A stretch of DNA of 64,000 bases, from NCBI GenBank assembly GCA_965219995.1, contig CBDCOX010000002.1, positions 1,600,001 through 1,664,000 on the forward strand. The letters run 5' to 3'. How positions within the stretch are numbered: position 1 is the stretch's first letter; each line of letters opens with the position of its first letter. The notes under the pieces were generated by a model. That model was not told the DNA's origin, did not search any database, and was given only the letters and a program-made list of their open reading frames with translations. The translations under genes and the position numbers were made by a program. Below are positions 58,546-64,000 of the stretch, in pieces. Source of the DNA: Candidatus Latescibacterota bacterium (lineage in GTDB: Bacteria > Latescibacterota > UBA2968 > GCA-2709665).

Positions 58546-58635
58546 GGCCAACTACGGTATTACCGAACAGTTACGGCGTACCTGATCCAAAGATCTGCGA
58601 ACGTTCGAAAGCATGTTACGTTGGCGCTTGTAGCC
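58546..58635 (-). repeat. Putative attI site at the head of the array
   Basis: Minus strand ...GTTCGGTAATACCGTA-GTTGGCC core directly upstream of the first cassette; no attC-type long palindrome. Confidence 0.65.
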
Positions 58636-58732
58636 AAAGTTGTTGATGAATGATGTTATTGCCAGGGGCCGTAGATAGTTGACGTCTTAAGCGCCTACCA
58701 AGTTGGAACGGGACTTGCCCGAACGGGGACGT

Positions 58733-58813
58733 TGAGCTTGTCGAATTGCCCGCGTTTCGGTACCTTTTTGAGCCTTCGCCGACCCTTCGACAAGCTCAGG
58801 GAGCGGCTCAGGG
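58733..58813. repeat. Inverted pair of REP-like units, one nested
   Basis: tgagcttgtcgaa ... ccttcg[ccgacccttcgacaagctcagggagc]ggctcaggg. Confidence 0.68.
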
Positions 58814-58954
58814 TGCCAGGTCAATGGTGTGTAATAATGTAAACTGTAGCGTGCCCCCTGTAATAATTGCGGAATCGACTCCGACCGGATCCTGCCCGCC
58901 GTTCATTCATCTTTGCTTCAAGCGGGCGCCAGGAGAGTTGCTCTCAAACAGACC

Positions 58955-59710
58955 TTACCTTTCCCCCCAACGATTTCGCAATTCGATGACGGTCAGCATG
59001 GTCATCTCTCCCGTGGGATCGAGTCCGGCGTCCGCCTGGAACTTGCGCAACGCCTCGCGGGTGGCTGCGTTCAGTTCCCCGTCGACCGGTCCAATTTCGT
59101 ATCCCAGTCGATTCAGAATCGTCTGCACCTCGTAGGTATGCTCGGGCCCGGCCGGCATATCGGACGCTTCTTCGGCTTCTTCGGGCTTCTCTTCGACCAC
59201 TGCCGTATCCTCGGAGATCAGCACCCAGCGCAGTAGGCGAATCTCAAAAAAGACGGCCACGGTCGCGATCAACCACAGCAGGCCGAACAGCAGCGCGAAC
59301 CCCCATCGTATCGCCATGTCTCCTTCCGCAACTGCCGCGGGATCGGAGCGATCGAAGACTTCGGGCGCAAGCAGATAGCGCATGCACAGCCAGAGCCCCG
59401 CGTGCACGAACGCGAGGACAACCGGCGTGCGGACCGGCACCCTGAGCGGCGACCTCGCGGGGCGCCAGAACCGGGCGATTGCAAGGGTCCAGAAATCGAC
59501 CAGCATCAGAAACAGGGGCATTTCAGCGAGGAAACCCACGGCCCGGTCAGCCGTACCGGATTCACGCGTCCACGCCCACCAGGCTGCACCCAGAATCGCC
59601 GCCGCCAGCACGATCGATGTCCCTCCGCGAAGCAGGAGAGCGGTTCGCGAACGCCCGGCGTTCGGCTCGGACGAGCCGGGTTCGGGTTGAAGGCGGTTCA
59701 TTGAAAACAC
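58955..59710 (-). CDS. Membrane protein with C-terminal peptidoglycan-binding domain
   Basis: About 4 hydrophobic segments; VQTILNRLGY..GPVDG...ALRKFQADAGLDPTG. Confidence 0.8.
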   Translation of the reverse strand: MFSMNRLQPEPGSSEPNAGRSRTALLLRGGTSIVLAAAILGAAWWAWTRESGTADRAVGFLAEMPLFLMLVDFWTLAIARFWRPARSPLRVPVRTPVVLAFVHAGLWLCMRYLLAPEVFDRSDPAAVAEGDMAIRWGFALLFGLLWLIATVAVFFEIRLLRWVLISEDTAVVEEKPEEAEEASDMPAGPEHTYEVQTILNRLGYEIGPVDGELNAATREALRKFQADAGLDPTGEMTMLTVIELRNRWGER

Positions 59711-59817
59711 TCCGTACCGTGTGTTTTTCCTGTTAATCCTTCCGAGACGCAGTTCACTTGGCTATATTGTAGAGTACGCGACCGCACCGTGTCCAGCAAA
59801 CAATCGAGCCACGAACG

Positions 59818-61944
59818 ATGCGTCCACAATCCGAAATCCTGGCTGTCGAACTGGTTGGCGGCAACCGGGTGGCGTATTATACGCGCGAAGGACGGGAGAC
59901 CCATCCGTTTTCGCCTTGGCTGCTGGTCGAGGCGCCGGAGGACTGCGACAGAGCCGGCCTCTCAGGCGTACGAAAAATCGCTCGCCTCAGAGGCGCGGGT
60001 CAGCTTCGTTATCTGGTCCGATTCCACTCCTGGAACGATTTTCTCGATGCCAGGGGAACACTGTCGGCAGACGGCATCACCCATTTCGACTTCAACAATC
60101 CGGTGAAGCAGCACCTGCTGCTTTCCGGAAACACGCTCTTTCGGGGACTGCGTTACAACGACGCCCATCGCCTGCAGCTGGACATTGAGACCACCGGCCT
60201 CAACCCCGAGGCCCGTGACGCGCGCATCATCCTGGTCGCACTTTCCGACAACCGGAGCTACGAGGAGGTACTCGGCGCCGGGGAGATGTCCGAAGGCGCA
60301 CTCCTCGAAGCCCTCAACCAGCGTATTCGAAGCCGCGATCCCGATATTATCGAAGGCCACAACATATTCGACTTCGACCTCAACTATATCCGGGTCCGAG
60401 CGCGGGCCCTGAACGTCGGTCTACCCTGGGGTCGGGACGGCTCGGAACTGAAAGCCGGGAACGGCACGCGCCGGTACAGGGTCGCCGCCCGCAGCCGCAC
60501 CTTTCGCCCGGCTTTCATTCACGGCCGTCACATCATCGATACCTATCACCAGGTCCAGCGATACGACATCGGCGGTCGTCTGGAGAGCTACGGCCTGAAG
60601 AACGTCGTTCGCGCGCTCGGCCTGGAGCGCGCGGGCCGGGTGTTCGTCGAAGGGGCCGAAATCGGAAAGACGTGGCGGAACAATCCCGGCCGGGTGGCGG
60701 ACTACGCGCTGGACGACGTCCGCGACGTTCGTGCGTTGAGTGAAATGGTCGCCACCACGGAATTCTACCAGACCCAGGTGCTGCCTTACCGGTTTCAGGA
60801 AGCTGCAATTACCGGTCCGGGCGAAAAGATCAACGCCCTGATGATCGGCGCCTATCTCAGACGGGGCCTCGCCATTCCGCGACCTCAGCACTCGGAGCCG
60901 TTCGGGGGCGGATATACCGAACTGTTTGCCTCGGGCATTTTCAACCGGGTTGTCAAGGCCGACGTGGAGAGCCTCTACCCTTCCATCATGCTGAAGTACG
61001 GCATACGACCCGGTTCCGATACGGAAAACGTGTTCCTGCCGATGTTGCAGCGCCTGACCGAACGACGCCTCAAGGCCAAATCCAGCCTGAATGACGCCGA
61101 AACAAATGCGGACCGGTCCTACTGGGACGGCGTACAGGGAAGTTACAAGGTCCTGATCAATTCGTTCTACGGATACCTGGCGTACGGAAGGGCAAATTTC
61201 AATGACTACTCGGCGGCTGCGCGGATTACAACCCACGGCCAGCAGATTGCGCGGCGGCTTGTGACAATGCTCAGCGAAAGGAACGCCAGGCTCATCGAAG
61301 CCGATACCGACGGCGTGTATTTCGTCGTTCCTCCCGGGATCGAGACGGAACGGGACGAGCACGACTTCGTTGACGCACTGTCCGGAGAACTGCCGGAGGG
61401 CATTCACCTTTCCCACGACGGCAGGTTCCAGGGTATGATCAGCCTCAAGGCCAAGAACTACATCCTGATCGACTTCAGCGGACGCCTGATCATCAAGGGC
61501 AGCAGCTTGCGCAGCCGGCGTGACGAGCGCGTATTCCGTGAATTCGTCAGAAAACTCGCACTGCTGTTGATCAACCGGCAGTCCGGCGCCGCGTCTGCCC
61601 TGTATTCGGAATTCGCCGACCGTCTTCAGGCGGGGCAATTCGACCGCGGGGAAATCTGTCGCAGGGAGACCGTTACCGAGAGGACATTCGCGAATCCGAA
61701 CCTGCGCCGGCTGGCCGCTGCCGCACAGGGATGTGAAACAGGAGAAAGGATTGCCGTCTATCAGAGAAATGACGGCAGCCTCGCGCGAATCGAAAACTAC
61801 GCGAATGACGAAGACAGGGGCTATCTGCTGCGACGACTGCACGATATGGCCGGGCGCTTCCGGGGCCTCTTCGGCGAGTTCGAATTCGATCGGCTCTTTC
61901 CACTCCGGAAGCGATCCGCGGGAGAGCAGCTCAGCCTGTTTTAG
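59818..61944 (+). CDS. polB: Family B DNA polymerase with 3'-5' exonuclease
   Basis: LDIET, GHNIFDFD, YALDDV exonuclease motifs; DVESLYPSI, KVLINSFYG, ADTDG polymerase motifs. Confidence 0.92.
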   Translation: MRPQSEILAVELVGGNRVAYYTREGRETHPFSPWLLVEAPEDCDRAGLSGVRKIARLRGAGQLRYLVRFHSWNDFLDARGTLSADGITHFDFNNPVKQHLLLSGNTLFRGLRYNDAHRLQLDIETTGLNPEARDARIILVALSDNRSYEEVLGAGEMSEGALLEALNQRIRSRDPDIIEGHNIFDFDLNYIRVRARALNVGLPWGRDGSELKAGNGTRRYRVAARSRTFRPAFIHGRHIIDTYHQVQRYDIGGRLESYGLKNVVRALGLERAGRVFVEGAEIGKTWRNNPGRVADYALDDVRDVRALSEMVATTEFYQTQVLPYRFQEAAITGPGEKINALMIGAYLRRGLAIPRPQHSEPFGGGYTELFASGIFNRVVKADVESLYPSIMLKYGIRPGSDTENVFLPMLQRLTERRLKAKSSLNDAETNADRSYWDGVQGSYKVLINSFYGYLAYGRANFNDYSAAARITTHGQQIARRLVTMLSERNARLIEADTDGVYFVVPPGIETERDEHDFVDALSGELPEGIHLSHDGRFQGMISLKAKNYILIDFSGRLIIKGSSLRSRRDERVFREFVRKLALLLINRQSGAASALYSEFADRLQAGQFDRGEICRRETVTERTFANPNLRRLAAAAQGCETGERIAVYQRNDGSLARIENYANDEDRGYLLRRLHDMAGRFRGLFGEFEFDRLFPLRKRSAGEQLSLF

Positions 61945-63319
61945 GGGTTCCTCTCAGGACCTTTCCGCAATTCTCCAGTCGATTCTTCCCCTCTCGCAGG
62001 CTTCCAACGTGCATCCACAGGACCAATGCCAGCAGACATCCAGAGATTGCGGGTACAAGCGCCGTCAGCGCGGCGCCGTGGAAATGGTGCGCCAGAATTC
62101 CGGCGCCCGTTCCCGCCGCGACCAGAACCACCATCCAAACCACCGCTCGACCCTGCCTGTGGGCGGCGAGCAGGGCGGTATGCGCCAGGCCGCACAACAC
62201 GAAAGGCGGCACGCACCAGACCAGCAGCCTTGCGAACGGCACCGATGGCGTATAAGCCTGACCCAGAAACCAGGATACCGCCGGCCCGAGCATCACGTGA
62301 ACGACGGCTGAAACGGCGACGGCAAGGCCCGTCAGCGTCACCGCGGACCGGGCGGCGAGTTTCAGGAACGCCTGCCGATCGGAAAGCCGGGTGCTCAGGG
62401 CGGGCAAGACGGCCTCGAAACTCGCTCCGATCAGGATGAGCAGCGCCGCCGCCAGCCGGTACCCGACGGCCAGATACCCGGCTTCGACGCCGCCGCCGGT
62501 CTGATTATACATCGTGAGGTAATTCAGATTCAACAGATTGATGAGGAAAACCACCGCGGGCAGGTGTTTCAATCCGTCAACGAACCGGCGCCGATTGAAT
62601 CCGGCGCGAAGAAACGGACCGACTTCACACCCCGTCCGCCGGACAGATACGAACCCCGCCCCAAAATACAATGCGCGACAGACCAGATAGCACAACCCCA
62701 CGCCCACAAGATCCCAACCCGCCATCATCGCGCCGATCCCGCCTGCCAGCAGCAGGACGTTGGCTCCGAGCATAAGCACGGCGCAGGTCGCGGATCTCTG
62801 CAAGCCCTTAAACACCGCGACGAGCCCGTCCCCCATGCTCATCAACACCGTCGATCCGCCCACAAGGAGTACGGCCAGCGTCACATCCGGTCCGGTATCG
62901 AATGCACGTGTGGCCGCCAGCATCACCGCCAGCACCGGGATCGCCAGCGCCAGCTTGAACGACAGGGCCTCCGAACACGCGATCCGACCCTCTGCCAGAC
63001 TCGCGGCCGAGGCCTTGATAACCCGGTTGTTCGATCCCGCATCCAGGAGTGGAACGAAAAAAGCGGTCAGACCAACGACAAAGACGTAGTCGGCCAGCCC
63101 GCTTTCCCCGAGAAGGCGCGCGACACCCACCAGAAGCAGCATCCCGCCAAGCAGGTGGGCGCCTTTCTCCACTGTGATAAAGATCGCGTTTTCCGAAACC
63201 CGCGCCAACGTCCCCTCCCATGCCACCAGAAACACGAAAAGCAGGTCCATGCCTGCTTTTCGTGTCATTGACCCGTGTGAAAATCCCTCACAGTTCATAT
63301 CCGAGACGGTCGTCCACAC
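61931..63319 (-). CDS. Polysaccharide flippase (Wzx/MATE-like); true start probably downstream of 63319
   Basis: Many TM segments; ARLLG..G..DY, LLDAG, GYLAVGYRL motifs. Confidence 0.78.
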   Translation of the reverse strand: MWTTVSDMNCEGFSHGSMTRKAGMDLLFVFLVAWEGTLARVSENAIFITVEKGAHLLGGMLLLVGVARLLGESGLADYVFVVGLTAFFVPLLDAGSNNRVIKASAASLAEGRIACSEALSFKLALAIPVLAVMLAATRAFDTGPDVTLAVLLVGGSTVLMSMGDGLVAVFKGLQRSATCAVLMLGANVLLLAGGIGAMMAGWDLVGVGLCYLVCRALYFGAGFVSVRRTGCEVGPFLRAGFNRRRFVDGLKHLPAVVFLINLLNLNYLTMYNQTGGGVEAGYLAVGYRLAAALLILIGASFEAVLPALSTRLSDRQAFLKLAARSAVTLTGLAVAVSAVVHVMLGPAVSWFLGQAYTPSVPFARLLVWCVPPFVLCGLAHTALLAAHRQGRAVVWMVVLVAAGTGAGILAHHFHGAALTALVPAISGCLLALVLWMHVGSLREGKNRLENCGKVLRGTPKTG

Positions 63320-63986
63320 GTATCGTTACGGTATCCGGTTCGCTGGTGATTGCGCCTTCCGCAATGAGGACATCGTCACGGACGCGCAATTCAAAAACAA
63401 AGTCGGCGGGAGCGACGGCCCGGAAGACGGGCATGGGGTTCGCTGCGTCGAAATCGACCCCGGGGCCGTCCAACTGTGTCCACATATACCGGAGCGGGTC
63501 CCGTTCCGGGTCCGAACTGCCGGCGCCGTCCAGTGCCACCTGGAGTCCGCTCGAATAGGCGATGGTGCGATCCATTCCCGCATCCGCGACGGGCGGACCC
63601 TGGGTGACGTGAATTTCTACCATCCCTTCCGTTTTGGTGCCGGATTTCCCGTCGTCCACCTCAACCTTGAGTGTATAGACGCCCACCGCTACCGGCGCGA
63701 TCCAGACGACAGTCACAGAATCCTGAAAAAGCCCCCTCAATGAATCCAGCTTGCTTTCGTCGAAGAGGCCGCCCTCCTCCTTTTTGAGGTCGGTCCAGAG
63801 ATAGTCCAGCTCGTCGTTGTCCGCGTCGTTCGTGAAAAGCGTAATCTTGACCTCGCTTCCCCGCCCTACGGATGGGTGGTCGTCCTGGTCGGTGGTAAGC
63901 GCCACAATCTGAGGCTGTTCCTGTCTGTCCAGGAGGCCGCATCCCGAAAGAGCAACCAGGCTTGCCAACGCCAGTGTCCAGCGCAC
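63288..63986 (-). CDS. Lipoprotein with PKD/Ig-like domains
   Basis: Lipobox LSGC; PPVADAG.D, LDGAGSSDP, YMWTQLDGP. Confidence 0.82.
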   Translation of the reverse strand: MRWTLALASLVALSGCGLLDRQEQPQIVALTTDQDDHPSVGRGSEVKITLFTNDADNDELDYLWTDLKKEEGGLFDESKLDSLRGLFQDSVTVVWIAPVAVGVYTLKVEVDDGKSGTKTEGMVEIHVTQGPPVADAGMDRTIAYSSGLQVALDGAGSSDPERDPLRYMWTQLDGPGVDFDAANPMPVFRAVAPADFVFELRVRDDVLIAEGAITSEPDTVTIRVDDRLGYEL

Positions 63987-64000
63987 GATATCCCTCAGAT

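Larger units (their letters stand above)
246..58635 (-). mobile_element. Integron-type cassette array (CALIN-like, no intI in window); may continue left of the window
   Basis: Co-oriented minus-strand ORFs separated by ~20 related imperfect palindromes with RYYYAAC/GTTRRRY ends; TA cassettes with own promoters; attI-like site at right end. Confidence 0.88.

Noticed and set aside
58636-59135. Integron integrase or remnant next to attI (ORF 58746..59135)
   Set aside because: No tyrosine-recombinase R-H-R-H-Y motifs; the ORF is made of REP-like repeats and antisense sequence
59818-61944. PolB as pipolin, casposon or prophage replicase
   Set aside because: No integrase, Cas1, terminal repeats or virion genes; overlaps convergently with an envelope gene

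Overview
Positions ~1-58640 are a large, decaying integron-type gene-cassette array. Nearly all genes point the same way (minus strand), and about 20 imperfect-palindrome attC sites or remnants (RYYYAAC...GTTRRRY ends) separate them. A ~90-bp non-palindromic attI-like site sits at the array head (58546-58635), with a second copy inside the array (51159-51253). No integron integrase is visible in the window. Cassette cargo includes APH-like kinases, nucleotidyltransferases, GNATs, NUDIX hydrolases, methyltransferases, an MFS pump, a serine hydrolase, three toxin-antitoxin modules, a DUF4365 nuclease and an ECF sigma-ankyrin fusion. Interleaved are GC-rich, attC-less metabolic genes (beta-propeller and TIM-barrel enzymes, LamG protein, two SAICAR synthetases, RibH). 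In at least one case a duplicated cassette pair shows that such a gene replaced an attC-containing segment almost exactly ORF-to-ORF. Also present are an intact IS1380 splitting a Kelch gene, a truncated IS21, a MITE in higB, nested REP-like units and microhomology deletions. Positions 58955-64000 look like ordinary chromosome (peptidoglycan-binding protein, family B DNA polymerase, flippase, lipoprotein). All product calls come from motifs read by eye, and no database searches were run.
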